DNA of 64,000 nt from Chrysomallon squamiferum (Eukaryota; Animalia; Mollusca). The notes below the pieces were generated by a model. The model did not search any database. It was given only the letters and a program-made list of their open reading frames with translations, and had not been told where the DNA came from. The stretch is from NCBI GenBank assembly GCA_012295275.1, contig CM022666.1:5022001-5086000 (forward strand), given 5' to 3'. Positions within the stretch are counted from its first letter, which is position 1, and each line of letters opens with the position of its first letter. The translations under genes and the position numbers were made by a program. This document shows, one piece after another, positions 15,005-29,018 of this stretch.

Positions 15005-16247
15005 GTGAGTATTTGTACACAGTAGCTTACAGGGCATTCACTGAAAATTGAAAAGAGAAACTTTTGCTATTTTTTTTTTGGACATCACATAGGAACATTA
15101 TCGATGTAAATATCTCTTGGTATTTTTTTCTTTTACTTTTTTTTCTTTGAAAGAATATTATACTGAATTTTTTGCACTTGTGTATATTGTATGTGAATTT
15201 GTTAAGTTTTATATTTGTGTGTATGTACAAGTGTATATTTTTTGTTTGCTGAAATAATGTGTTATATAGGTGTGTGTATATTGTGACTGTGTATGTGTGC
15301 GTGTGTGTGTATTTATCTTGGTATTATTTATTACTAATAACATTTTTCTTTTCGCCATGTTTTCAGATTACTTCTAAAGGAAATAAAAGTTGTTACATAA
15401 AATGGTACCAGTTCGTCCAGTCATTGCCATTTCTCTTATGGTACTAAACTTCATTCTCACCAGTTTCATTTTATCTGTAACATTAAAAGAATTTCTGAAC
15501 AGAGAAACCAACGTGTTGCTTGACAGGGAACTGTGTGTGAAAATCTCGTGCAAACCAGGAGAAAACTGTTGTGATGACAAATCTACGAAGAGAACCAGGA
15601 ACAATACCACGTATTGCTGTTACAGAGATGGAGAAAAAGTGATCAGTGAAATTATGAAAAAGGTAAATTCTGTTTTTAATTCTAAAAATTTATATTCCAT
15701 AAATACATTAACTGAAAAAAAATAATGTTTTCTGTAGATATGAAATTAAGAAAGAGGTAAATTCACTATGAAAATAATAAAAAAGTTAAATTCATTATAA
15801 ATGAAATAATAATATTTGAATTATGAAAAGGAGAAATTAATAGTGCTGAAAAATATTTATAAATTTAAAATTGATTATAATGGACTAGTTTCAAACTGGA
15901 TATTAACATTCTTTTTAGAAACTGACTGAAAGTCATACAAAAGCTGAGAAAAGTGGTAAGTTAATACAGACACATATATACACACACAGACATACGTAAA
16001 AAGACAAAGTCGCAGAAACGCGGGCACACACAAAAAAAGTCATAAACACATACATATACAAACACAGACAGACAAACATACAGAAAAAGACCCACACACA
16101 AACAGAAACACTTAGGCACACACATTTAAATATCCAAAAATTTTCCTATAATTATGGATTTGTATGTACGTGCATATTTGTGTACAGTCTATGTATGTAA
16201 ACATGTACAAGTGTATATTTATGTGTGTTTGATTGTGTGTGTTTCAG

Positions 16248-16327
16248 AACCTAAACTTAAGCAGATCAGAGATGTTGCTTATCTTTTGAATTTAGATAAT
16301 AAAAACAATGTGTACGAATCTATATAG
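16248..16327 (+). other. Partial tandem duplicate of the 108-nt exon (EPKLKQIRDVAYLLNLDNKNNVYESI*)
   Basis: Has its own TTTCAG acceptor in the same phase and clear similarity to EQKLKQIREAAYNLNNKNNV. Also present in copy C at ~56126-56055; absent from copy B. Confidence 0.6.
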
Positions 16328-16361
16328 TTATACATGTATCAGTAGTCTACATGTGTCTGTA

Positions 16362-16394
<33 letters not shown>

Positions 16395-16916
16395 TCAGAA
16401 CAGAAACTTAAGTAGGTCAGAGAGGTCGCTTATAAATTGAATAATAAAAACAATGTGAAGACGTCAGCTCATCTACAAATGGAAGTGAATACAACATATG
16501 ACAAAAGTAAGAATACAAATAGTAGTAGCAGTGGTAGCAGTAGTAGTAGTAGTACTAGTAGTAGATTACTAGTAGTAGTAGTAGTAGTAGTAGTAGCACA
16601 GTAACTGTACTGTTAAAAGAGGTGATTTGATAATAAATGTGGTAGTAGTAAAATAGAAGTAATAGTAGTTGGTCTGGTAAAAGTAGTTGTAGTAGTTATC
16701 ACATAGTTATTAGTAGTGGTTAGGAAATAATAGAAGAAATTGTGATAACATTAGTATTAGCACGATAGTAGTAAAAATATCAATGATGGTACTAAAGTAG
16801 TCAATAGCAGGAGTTTGTAGTAGTTATAGAAATATATTAGTAATACTAACTACCACTGTTGACAATTTAAAATAAAAATATTATTTCAAAATAATTTCTT
16901 CTTACAAACTTTTCAG

Positions 16917-17308
16917 ACACATGGAAGCCTCTCATTAAATGGACGTTGTCTGGTAAAAGATCGTTTGTGAAAGGAGGTGTTGCTGTTGTCGCTGACGGGA
17001 TTCAAGTAAAAGAAGCTGCTTACTACTTCATATACAGCAATGTTTTATTCCATGCCAACCAAGTCACAGGGCTAGAATACGCTAGACTGTGTCACTCAAT
17101 TGAAACATATCCAGATGGTGATGTCCTCTACAGAAATCCTCAAACAACATGCAAACTGCGAAGACAAAGCAATGCAGGTTTTTTTCCTTCCTACATTGGA
17201 GCTGTTTACTACATGAAAGCCAATGACACTGTAGTGGTGAGAACATCAGCTGTGAAGAACATTTTGAGAGATCCTGAGACAACCTACTTTGGTCTGTATA
17301 TGCTGTAA
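16917..17308 (+). CDS. TNF homology domain exon of copy A
   Basis: TTTTCAG acceptor at 16916; open to TAA; carries the TNF-family signature strands. Confidence 0.9.
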
Positions 17309-18175
17309 AATTGTTACGAATGACCTGAATTATAACTGTTCATATAATGATAATAATAGTAGTAGTAATAATAATAATAATAATAATAATAATATTAATA
17401 ATATTAATAATAATAATAATATTAATAATATTAATAATAATAATATTAATAATGGTAATAATGGTAATAATGGTAATAATTCTGTGGTTGTTTGTGATTT
17501 GTGATGTTGGTATATCTAACCTTTTTACATTTATTTTTATATTTGTTCCATTACTAATTAGTTATGCTATTGGAATATGATTTAAAATGATTACATAATT
17601 GCTGGCGATACATGAACTGAATAAGAGTAATTAACAACGAAGCGGAGGAAGCCTCATTCAATCAGTACTGCTGTACTATGAGGCATTGTTATTGTATAAA
17701 TGGAGTATTACTGTCATAGATAAATAAATTTGTGCTCTTGAAGTTGTTGTCACTGTTGTTGTTACTGTTGATGAAAATTGAAATGAGCACCGATACTATA
17801 TTTCTGACAATTTGTCTTACATGTCATCATAGCTATGTCCACTCCAAGAACAAAATCTGTTTAAAGACTGTTCCTGTAATAGTGTATTGAATTTTCTCTG
17901 TTTGTTTTCCAGATTAAAAACTTTTCGTTTCTTTCTCGTACTCTGTACTCTGACTCTGTGTCTCACTCAAACGCACGTACGCACACACACACTAGGTGTT
18001 AAGAAATTCGACTAGGTGTTAAGAAATTCTGAAATTCTCTTTACGTTTTCCTTCTGAAAACTAATCTTTGTTTTCTCTTTGTGTTTAATAGTTTTCAGGT
18101 ATTCTCGACTTTTGTACGTTTGAGAAAAACCTGTTTGCATGAACTTATAATAGAAAAGAAATTAGAAACAAAAAC

Positions 18176-18391
<216 letters not shown>

Positions 18392-18661
18392 TATTGATGG
18401 TCTGTATTCAGTAAATCTGTACAGTGGATGTTCTAGAAACAGTGAATGTGTTCTAGGATGTTCTATGTAAACTGAATGTGTGCTGTATTCAGTAAATAAA
18501 TATTTACATAACAATGATTTTCTATATAAACTGACTGACGAAAGTTAAATGATCACTGATTGGTTTATAATGAATAATACAAGTTAAATGGGTGATCCAG
18601 TTAAAAAGGATTTTCTTTATACAGTATGTACTCATGCATTAAAATTATCAGAGTAATAAAT

Positions 18662-18723
<62 letters not shown>

Positions 18724-20464
18724 CTTTTAAAATTTCCTGTACAATTTGTATAATGAACAATCAATTTATAGCATTTTTTTGTTTTATCACAATAAGAATT
18801 TTCTTTTTAGAAGCATTTCAGAATCGTAAATATTATGATTATTAATTTTATTATGTCTATCATAATTATGATTAACTTTATTACCACTATCATCTTCATC
18901 ATTATTACTACTGCTATATTATTACTATATAATCATGATTACTAGTATTATTCTTTCTACTACTCGTACTAATTTATTAAATTTTCCATCATCATCATCA
19001 TTTTAATTAGTATTGTTTGCTGCTGTCGTTGTTGTTAAATAAAGACTACTCTATTCGAGGTCACAGTAAGGATTCAAGAAAGCTAAAGAAACACCACACA
19101 GAGGTTCACCTTTCTTATTTATTCTTACAATGACCTTGACATGCTGACTGCTTACAGGAATGCCGGCGCCACTATTATTTTCACTACGATCTTTTTGACA
19201 ATCCTACACACCACTCTTTTCTTTATATGTTTTTCCATGTGATTGGCAGTGGATGACTTCCAGCACATTCTCGAATGTCAAAAAGTTCGTGGGGAAAAAA
19301 TCTCAGCATGTGATAGTAGTATTATATCAATTAGTAAAATGTATCGAACACGTGAACAGAAGTAACTCTATACATTAGAGGCAACAACAACAACAACCAC
19401 AACATCAGATTTATTTATTTATAACAATGAAAATGCATTCGTACTTTCTGAATCAGTCTGTTAGTAATACGGTTGACATAACTTTATCAACTTAATAACA
19501 GAATATACCTGAGATAATAATAAATATTTTTATTTAATTTAATTTTATAAAATGTATGTAATATATGTCTATGTGTCTATGCAGTGTCGACAGCTCCAAT
19601 ATGGAAAAGAATAAAACTTTCTTGCTGTCTTCGTGCTAAAGAATAATATGCTAAAATTATCTGTGAGTATTCAAAGCCTGACAAACATAAAAAATCCCTT
19701 CACTGGTAATATCGATGAATTGAGCAAACATCTGCTATAAACTTTATTTATTTATTTATTTATTTAATTATTTAATTATTTGTTTATTTGTTTCTTTATT
19801 TTTATTTGTTTATTTGTTTCTTTATTTTTATTTGTTTATTTTACTGTATTTGTTTTATTTCATTTCATTTTATTATTATTTTTTGTTAATTAATTTATTT
19901 ATTTCACTTTACTTTTTATCACTTTTTATTTATTTTACGGTATTTTACTTTATTTATTTATTTAACTAAACAATTAATATTTCATATTTCTTTGTGTTTT
20001 AAACTGAATTTTAATTTTTCTATATTTTTCGTTTTATAAAATAAAAGCTATTACCTTGCAAATGAACCCACCTAGCTAGACATTAAAAAAAAAAGAAGGG
20101 TATTCGTGTTCATTTTCATTTTCAACAACAGTAACAACAACAACAACAACAAATTTATTTAATAATAATAATGGATTCAAACTTTGTGAATCCGTCTATT
20201 AGTAATTCGGGTGACGTAACATCTATTTGTAGCCCAGTTGAGGAATAAAATGAGAATTTATTTCACATCTGAAATGTTCTTTGGAGGAAAAAACAAAGCT
20301 GTACATAGCGATAATGTATACTTATTCAAAAACACTGGCAAGTAGTCAAAGAAACCTATTAGACTATCAAACTTATTTTAAATAATATGTATGTGTGTGT
20401 GTCTGGGTATGGATGCGTATGTATGTGTGTGAGTGTGTGTGAGTGTGTGTGTGTGTGTGTGTGT

Positions 20465-21150
20465 AACAAATTTCGTGGTATCAGATAGCAAGGAGGATTA
20501 TCTGTTCCAGTACACATCGCTGTGCTGTCATATTGGATTTCAGTGGTGAGTATTTGTACACAGTGGTTTACTAAGCATCCGTGAAATTTGATAAATCAAA
20601 CTTGGCATTTTCAATAGAGAAACCTTTGCTTTTTTTCTTCTTTTTTTTGACATCGCATAGGATCATTGTCAATGTAAATATATCTTGGTATTATTTATTT
20701 TACTTTTTTTTTCTTTGTAAGAATATTACATAGAACTATATGTACGTGTGTATATTTTGTGTGAGTTTGTCTTGGTAATATTTATTATTTTATTTATTGA
20801 TATAACCATTGTTTGAAACTTTTATATTTGTGTGTATGTACAAGTGTATATTTTTGGATTGCTGAAATAATGTTTTATATTAGTGTGTGTATATTGTGTC
20901 TGTGTACGTGTGCGTGTGTGTGTATTTATCTTGTTATTATTTATTACTAATAACATTTTTTTTCTTTTGGTCGTGTTTTACAGATTACTTCTAAAGGAAT
21001 TAAAAATTGTTACACAAAATGAAATCAGTTCTTGCTGTCATTGCCATTTATTTCTCTTATGGTACTAAACTTGATACTCATCAGTTTCATTGTATCTGTA
21101 ACATTAAACCAATTTCTGAACAGAGAAACCAACTTGTTGTTTGACAAAGA
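20465..21150 (+). pseudogene. 5' remnant of a TNF ligand paralog (copy D): UTR exon, intron 1 and half of the TM exon
   Basis: Donor at 20545, acceptor at 20983, ATG at 21019 (MKSVLAVIAI). A 4-nt insertion shifts the frame, and homology (NQFLNRETNLLFDKELCV) stops abruptly at ~21150. Confidence 0.8.
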
Positions 21151-21658
21151 ACTGTGTGTAATAGTATACACGTGTGTATAAAATGACTTTGTAGGTTTAA
21201 AATGACCTTTGTAGATGAATAATTTTACATATTAACATTTTTTTATCTGTACTCTTCCAATTTATCGCGTCATTGACTAAACTGCGCATGTCAGTGCCTA
21301 TTCTAGACTACAATATCACAAAAATAGTATCATATTTCGCGTGCTTAACTCTTGTTAATACGGCTGCGCATAGATTCAGGAAAGCTATATTTACATCAGA
21401 TAATAGTTCCCACATTGTCGGTACATAAACCTTGACGTAGTCACTGGTTACCCCGAACACGAGAACAGATATGTCACGTATCACTTATCGAACACCTGAA
21501 CAGTTCGCAGGGGTTCAGGGATCGGCGAGGAATTTAGTCCAGCCTGTCAAATGAAAACTTGGACACCAATTATTACATTAACTTTCTTTTTTCTTTAAAT
21601 CTCCAGATCAAAACAGCCTTGCTTCCTATCATCCCGTTTTGATGCTCAGTATAGAAGA

Positions 21659-21766
<108 letters not shown>

Positions 21767-23206
21767 TGTGCTGTATTCAGTGAATAAATATTTAAATATT
21801 TCTGGTTTTCTGACTGATGAAAGTTAAAAGTTCACTGATTAGTTTATAATGAATAATACAAGTTAAGTGGATGATCCAGATAAAAAGGATTTTCTTTATA
21901 CAGTATGTACTCATGCATTGAAATGATCAGAGTAATAAATGTTTATATATACGTTACATTTAAAATTTGATGTACAATTTTCATAATAAGCAATCTGTTT
22001 AAAGCATTTTTTTGTTTTATAACAATAAGAATTTTCTTTTTAGAAGCATTTCAGAATCATAAAGATTATGATTATTAATTTTATTATCATTATCATCATT
22101 ATTAATTTTATTATGACTATCATAATTATCATTAACTTTATTACCACTATCATCTTCATCATTATTACTACTGCTATATTATTACTATATAATCATGATT
22201 ACTAGTATTATTCTTTCTACTTACTATTTATATTAGTGCTGCTGCTGCTACTTCTACTAATTTATTAAATTTGTCATCAGCATCATCATTTTAATTAGTA
22301 TGTTTGCCTCTGGTCACTTGTTCATAATTTTTATTACTTGGATAGTTACTTTAAATGTAGTAAAAATGTCTTGTTCTGCATTTATCATTTTCTTCTTTTC
22401 CTGCTTTTCTTTTTTAAATATCAAGTAAAATTAATGAACATATTTTTTGACTAATGTTTCACTTATACACCAGTCAGTGACATGATTTAATTTTTATTTT
22501 ATGCAGCATAATTTGTATTCTTTACAGACAGTAAGTTAAATATTACTGTTATATAACCGTGTTCATATCACATACTTAAAAGTACCCGTGCAGTGTTTAT
22601 AAATAGCTGTTTGGAAAGTCCCGGAAAAATGTACAGGTAACGTGACCTCGCTGTCTGTGAAATATTTATCTAACATGTGATCTCATTTCTCTGGCTGCTT
22701 CATTCATGCTACTACTGTTCAGGGGTCGGCAACACTTGGTCAGACACCAATTATTACATTAACTTGGCACTCCTCCAAAACACTGCATATCATTTACATC
22801 ATATGTACTTGACGTCTAGTTTTTGTCATTAGAACAACTGATAGTAAAATTCTTAAATAGATCACTGTGTGAACATTTGGACACCAATTATTACATTAAC
22901 TTGGCAGTCCTCCAAAACACCGCACAGCTGTCTGATAACATCTCTCTCGATAAGCTTCCCGACCTGTTATACTCTATAGGGAATTTGAAATCAGATAATA
23001 TAGATATTCAGCATTAACTTTTTGTTCATTTATTTCGGGTTAGGCTGTTCAAGAGTGATTGAATTAAAGAATGGTAAAATACCTGAGATTAGCAGTCAGT
23101 TGTTACATTTGTGTTTCCATGTTTCTGTTCCTGCTTGTAGATCACAGGTACTTGGCGGAGTTTCTATCATAAAAACAACTCAGGGCAATATTCTTAAATA
23201 GATCAC

Positions 23207-23257
<51 letters not shown>

Positions 23258-23334
23258 GTTTGTGTGTGTGTTACTGTGTGAGTGTGTGTGGTTTTATTTA
23301 TTATTCTACTTTTATTTTTTCAAAATAATGTTAT

Positions 23335-23435
23335 TTATGTGTGTGTCTTTATCTTGGTATTAATAACATTTTAATCTTGTTTGACACAGACTGTATCTAA
23401 AAGAAAATGAAATACTAAACTTGATACTCATCTGT
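23335..23435 (+). pseudogene. Very short decayed remnant of TNF intron 1 / TM exon (copy E)
   Basis: TTTATCTTGGTATT..TAACATTTT followed by AAAATGAAA and TACTAAACTTGATACTCATC, the latter identical to copy D at ~21063-21082. Confidence 0.45.
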
Positions 23436-23574
23436 TTTATAAATACATTAAATGCAACAAAAAAAAAATTAGGGTGAAATAGGTATAGGGTGAGAATACT
23501 TTTAGATGAATACTTCTTTTTTTATTGTATACATTCACTACATTCGATACATAGATTATTTCGATATTTGTTAT

Positions 23575-24273
23575 ACTATATATACGATAAGCGATATCCA
23601 TACTACAATAATACGTCACATTAAAGATCTATTTGGTTCCAAATTTCCGATAGTTAAGTGAGGTATCGTTAAGCGGGAGATTAATTTACACAGAATTAAG
23701 GTTAAAAGCGGTGGTTACTTTCTCGCTGATGAGATCTGACATAAAAAAAAAGGTGAAATAAGGAGAAATAAAAGGGCAGTTTGGACATAAATGATTTAAT
23801 AGATTATAGATATTAAGTAAACAGTAAATCATTTACAAATCAATTTATTCAAATACATTAATGAATAATTATATGCCGCTCATTGTGGGTTCATTTTTGT
23901 GCGTTTGGTTTCATTTAAGATAATGTATTTTGTTTCTAAAGTTATTGTCTACCGTTTCTTCTTATCATCATAATTGGCCGGTATACTGTTATTCGTTTTG
24001 ACATATTGGAAGGGTAAATTAAAAACGAGTTTAAGTCTCAATCGAAGCAGAAGAGAAAAGAGAATCAGAATATCAGATGCATGTATGACGTGTCAACTGA
24101 TCAACACAGCTGACAGAAGCTCGTGAATGAACGAAAAACGAACGAAACATGCATTGTATACATTTGTATCATTTATTTCGAGGAATTAACTATTAAATTA
24201 AATTTCTATTTATATAATTTGTAAAGAAAAAAGATCGTTAAAGCGGGATATCGTTAAGCGAGATATTACTGTA
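23575..24273. mobile_element. Possible pogo/Tc1-mariner-type non-autonomous DNA element
   Basis: Right end ATCGTTAAAGCGGGATATCGTTAAGCGAGATATTACTG-TA, internal repeat TATCGTTAAGCGGG at ~23664, and a degenerate inverted motif CGATAAGCGATATCC at the left. The interior is not shared with the local modules. Confidence 0.35.
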
Positions 24274-26201
24274 ATTATACAATAATAATCGGCTTCCACA
24301 CAATCTGGAACAGTTGATTCTAATGACTGAGGTAAAGACATGCATTTAGCCTTTCGACGAAATGGAAAATCTGCCAGATGGGACTAACCCGTATTTTCTA
24401 TCGCTATCATTATACTTACCTGACAAGGCGAGATTTATATAATTTTATATAACGTATGAAATAAGTGAAATTATAATTTTATATAACGTATGAAATAAGT
24501 GAAATATTTACATACTGACCTGTGAGAGATAAAATGTGGCGTCACTGATTTTTATACAGAGGCCTTTGAACAGAAAGTATCACATTCTTATGATGACATC
24601 TGCTTTGTTTGAATTTCTTCTTTTTTTTCTTTCTGTTATATTTATTTATTTGCTGTGGGTTTCGTAGTTAATGTGTAGTCATTTAACATACTATGAAGAA
24701 AATGAGCAAAGTTATTATATTTATATTTTTGGTGTTTTTTAATAGTGGTAGTAGTAGTAGTTGTTGTTATTATTATTACGATTGTTTTGTCATTATTGTT
24801 AAATAAAGAGTATTGCTGACTTCTATTAAGTAAGCGACACAAAATAACAACAGAAGGAAATGATATAGTCTGAGTATCACGTGGTAGCATTTTACATCCA
24901 GGATTTGTCATCTTACACGTAATCGGAATAAATTAATGTAGTCATCCTGGAACAATTCCTGGTAACGGTCGCTGTCCACTGAACGCACTGTGTAACTAGT
25001 TATGTAGATGTTTGCTCTTCTGTATTAATCCTTACGTGATTGTTGTGACCGATTACAATTATTCTATCCATCTACATTATTTTTTATTGCTTTACTGAAT
25101 GTTCAGACTTCTCAAGTTCGCCAGTTTTGACAAAATGTAACGCTCTACATTCTTATGACCATACATCAAAGAATGTAGCTCACCATTCTTGTTGAAATGG
25201 GTATTAATAAAAAAAAAGCACTTTGACAAGGATTCTTGAAATAGTAATGGTAATTAAACATGAATTTTATGGGTGTTATGCATGTACGCTTTCACACACA
25301 CAAATACATATTAACATGAAATAACTGAATATTTCAGGATTTACATGTAAAGACTGGTTTCACAAATTGACCAGAAATATATATAGAAATATGTGATGCG
25401 TATATTATGTAAGAATATTGTTAGGATTTGTAAATAGTGTTGCATTTTCTTATAGTTTTATTTTTTAGATGAAGTTTGACGTGTTTCCTCACTGAATACA
25501 GAACACAATGGATTTTTGTTGCCACAGTTTTTTCTTATTAGATTATTCATGTGTTCATACTTTTGTTTAATAAATATTACTTGTAAGGGGATTTCTTTGA
25601 CGTTTGTCAAGTTTTGAATCCTGCTGTTGTTGTTGTTGATATTATTATTATTAATAATTTATTTGTTTATTTATTGGTATTGTTGTTGTTGTTGTTGCTA
25701 TTTATTCAATTAATTAATGTATTTATTTTATTTATATGGAGATTATATTTATTTCATATTTATTATATACACAGATAATATTTTTTCAATTAATTTTGTT
25801 AAATAATGTTTACTGTACTCGGTAACACACACATTCTTTGGACAGTTGCTAGTATTTCAAATAACAACGTATTTAAATTATGCTGTTGGCTTATTTTTGT
25901 CACGTTAACGTTTTCCGAGAATTAATAATCAATACTCTCTTTCTCCGGGAACTGGACTTTCCATCAAAGCTATGAATAGATGTGATTTCAGAAAAGTATT
26001 GTTATAAATAAATAAATTTGTTGTTGTTGTTGTTGTTGTAGTTTCTGTTGTCGAAAATTCAAATGAATATCGATACTTTTTTAATGAAATGCTCGGTTGA
26101 TTCATTAACAAAGCAGTAACTAGGTCAGGAACGCCATTTGCAACACAAAGCACTTTTCACAAAATGTGTGTGTGTGTGTTTGTGTTGTGTGTGTGTATGT
26201 C

Positions 26202-26281
<80 letters not shown>

Positions 26282-26612
26282 GGTTCATAATAAGACTAGG
26301 AAGGTTCAGAACTAATGCGACTGGTAACTGGACGTGACGCGCTGATGTGGGCAGTGAATAACTAAACCATACAAAGATTTAAACAAAAACATAAAACAGA
26401 TCGACAAAATGAAAAATAATATAAAGGGATACAGCATTTTAAACTTAAACAGTGTCACTGTTATTCTGTTTAAGATTTGTATTTATAAATATATAAATGT
26501 ATATGTATGTGTGTATGTATATATATATATATATATATCATATTTATCTTATTTATTTATTATATTTACTTTAATTTATATCTTTTTTATAATACAAATG
26601 CATGTACCGGAT

Positions 26613-26652
<40 letters not shown>

Positions 26653-27221
26653 TACATACATATATGTCTACTTTGTTTGAATCCATTTTTATTTTATTTT
26701 TATTTTGTTATTTATTTGCTCTAGGTTTCGTAGTTAAAGCATAGTCATTTAACATACTGTGAATAAAATAAGCAAAGTTAGTTTTGTGTTTTGTTCATAA
26801 ATAAACTGCATATTATAGTTGTTAATAGTAGTAGCAGTAGTTGCTGTTGTTGTTGTAGTTATTGTTTTGGTTGTTGTTGCTACGATTGTTTTTGTTAAAT
26901 AAAGAGTACAGCGTAACTTCTATTCCTGTGTCAACTAAGCCATACACAACAAAAGTAAAACATGTAGTCTGTGTATCACACAGTGGAAAGTTCCAGCCCG
27001 GATTTGTCATCTTACAAGTAATCGGAATAAATAAATGTAGTGATCCATCTATTATTACACAGCCAGGAATATAAAATTGTTGTTGTTGTTGTTGCTATTT
27101 ATTCAGTTAATTAATGTATGTATTTTATTTATATGGAGATTATATTTATTTAATATTTATTATATACACAGATAATATTTTTTTCAATTAATTTTGTTAA
27201 ATAATGTTTACTGTATCTCAG

Positions 27222-27290
<69 letters not shown>

Positions 27291-27667
27291 TCTTTGGACA
27301 GTTGCCAGTGTTTCAAATAACAACATATTCAAACTATGCTGTTGGTTTGTGTCAGGTTAACGATTTCCGAGAATTAATAATCAATACTCTCTTTCTCCGG
27401 GAACAGGACTTTCCACCTAAGCTATAAATAGATGTGAGTCAGTAGTTGAACTTTTATGGGAAACATATTACTGGTAGACAGATTCAGAAAAGTACTGTTA
27501 TAAATAAATAAATTTTTGTTGTTGTTGTTGTAGTTACTGTTGTTGAAAATTCAAATGAATATCGATACTTTTTTTTTTCTTTTTTAATGAAATGCTCGGT
27601 CGATTCGTTAACAAAGCAGTAACTAGGTCAGGAACGCCATTTGCAACACAAAGCACTATTCACAAAA

Positions 27668-27746
<79 letters not shown>

Positions 27747-28015
27747 TGGTTCATAAGAAGACTAGGAAGGTTCAGAACCAATGCGACTGGTAACTGAACA
27801 CTTTTAATGATTCTGTCTCTGAATTAGCAAATTGGTGACTATGTAATCGTGTTTCATTGACTCATAAAGGGCTAATAAGGCGTGACTATCATCATCATCA
27901 TCATCATCATCATCACTGTCATCAACTTCGTTATTTATATTTTTATAAATGCTGATTTTGTTGATTATCTCTATTCTGAATTTTGTCTGACGTTTTGAAC
28001 CCTGTTTGACCTGAA

Positions 28016-28209
28016 CGTTTTACGAAAAAAATGGCACCGGGAAAAAAATGGCACCGGGGAAAAAATGGCACTCGGAAAAATTGGCACCCGGAAGAAATGG
28101 GGGGAAAAATGGCATCTTATTTATACTATACAGAAAAAATAAATAAGGTGCCATTTTTTCCAAATCTGCACAGTGCCATTTTTTCCGATTCCATTTTTTC
28201 CTACAACCG
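28016..28209. mobile_element. MITE/foldback-like element with arrays of GGAAAAAATGGCAC subrepeats in inverted orientation
   Basis: 5-6 copies of the motif on the left and 3 copies of (GT)GCCATTTTTTCC-like sequence on the right. The ends are imperfect inverted repeats, and the flanks ACCTGAA / ATCTGAA resemble a target-site duplication. Confidence 0.6.
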
Positions 28210-28457
28210 ATCTGAACAGTGTGCGTCTACTATGAGTTTCATGCTTCACTTTACTTTATTATTTGATCAGATTCCCAGGACGTTTTAAACTCGTTTCCTC
28301 GATCCTAAATGGTTAGATATCACTAGGTTTGGTATTTATAAAGGACAAATTAAGTTAAATATTCTCAGATAACAATACGCATACATAATATTCAGAAATA
28401 TAAAAATCTTTCTAGTTATTTGCTCTATTTTCATAACAGAAATTTCAGTACAATTAT

Positions 28458-28535
<78 letters not shown>

Positions 28536-28972
28536 TATATTTATGATAATGAACTATTTATAGCAGGCATGAAAAGCTCAATTCTTGAACATTTTTATTT
28601 GCTCGTGAATTAATTTTAATCCAGTGATCCTACAACCATTAATATATTCTATTTTTGTTCGTCAGAGGATTGACGAATTATTAAACTATCGGAAATCCCA
28701 AGTTCTATAATTAGACGTGACGCGCTGATGTGGGCAGTGAATAACTAAACCATACGAAGATTTAAACAAAAACATAAAACAGATCGACAAAATGAAAAAT
28801 AATATAAAGGGATACAGCATTTTAAACTTAAACAGTGTCACTGTTATTCTGTTTAAGATTTGTATTTATAAATATATAAATGTGTGTGTATATATATATC
28901 ATATTTATCTTATTTATTTATTATATTTACTTTAATTTCTATCTTTTTTTATAATACAAATGCATGTACCGG

Positions 28973-29018
<46 letters not shown>

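Larger units (their letters stand above)
15402..17308 (+). pseudogene. TNF superfamily ligand, copy A (type II membrane protein, 265 codons), with one premature TAG
   Basis: Exons 15402-15662, 15919-15955, 16399-16506 and 16917-17308 all have GT-AG borders and consistent phases (0,1,1). N-terminal hydrophobic anchor; THD motifs SAHL, GIQVKEAAYYFIYSNVLF, SYIGAVYYMKANDTVVV, TYFGLYML. CAG>TAG at 16413-16415 (Gln in copies B and C). Confidence 0.8.

Noticed and set aside
15580-15600. Furin cleavage site in the stalk
   Set aside because: KRTR (A) and TRTR (C) lack the P4 Arg of the canonical R-X-K/R-R site and are not conserved, so no site is called.
16413-16415. TAG used as an alternative splice acceptor to bypass the stop in copy A
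   Set aside because: It would be phase 0, while the upstream mini-exon ends in phase 1. It is in frame only if the mini-exon is also skipped, for which there is no evidence.
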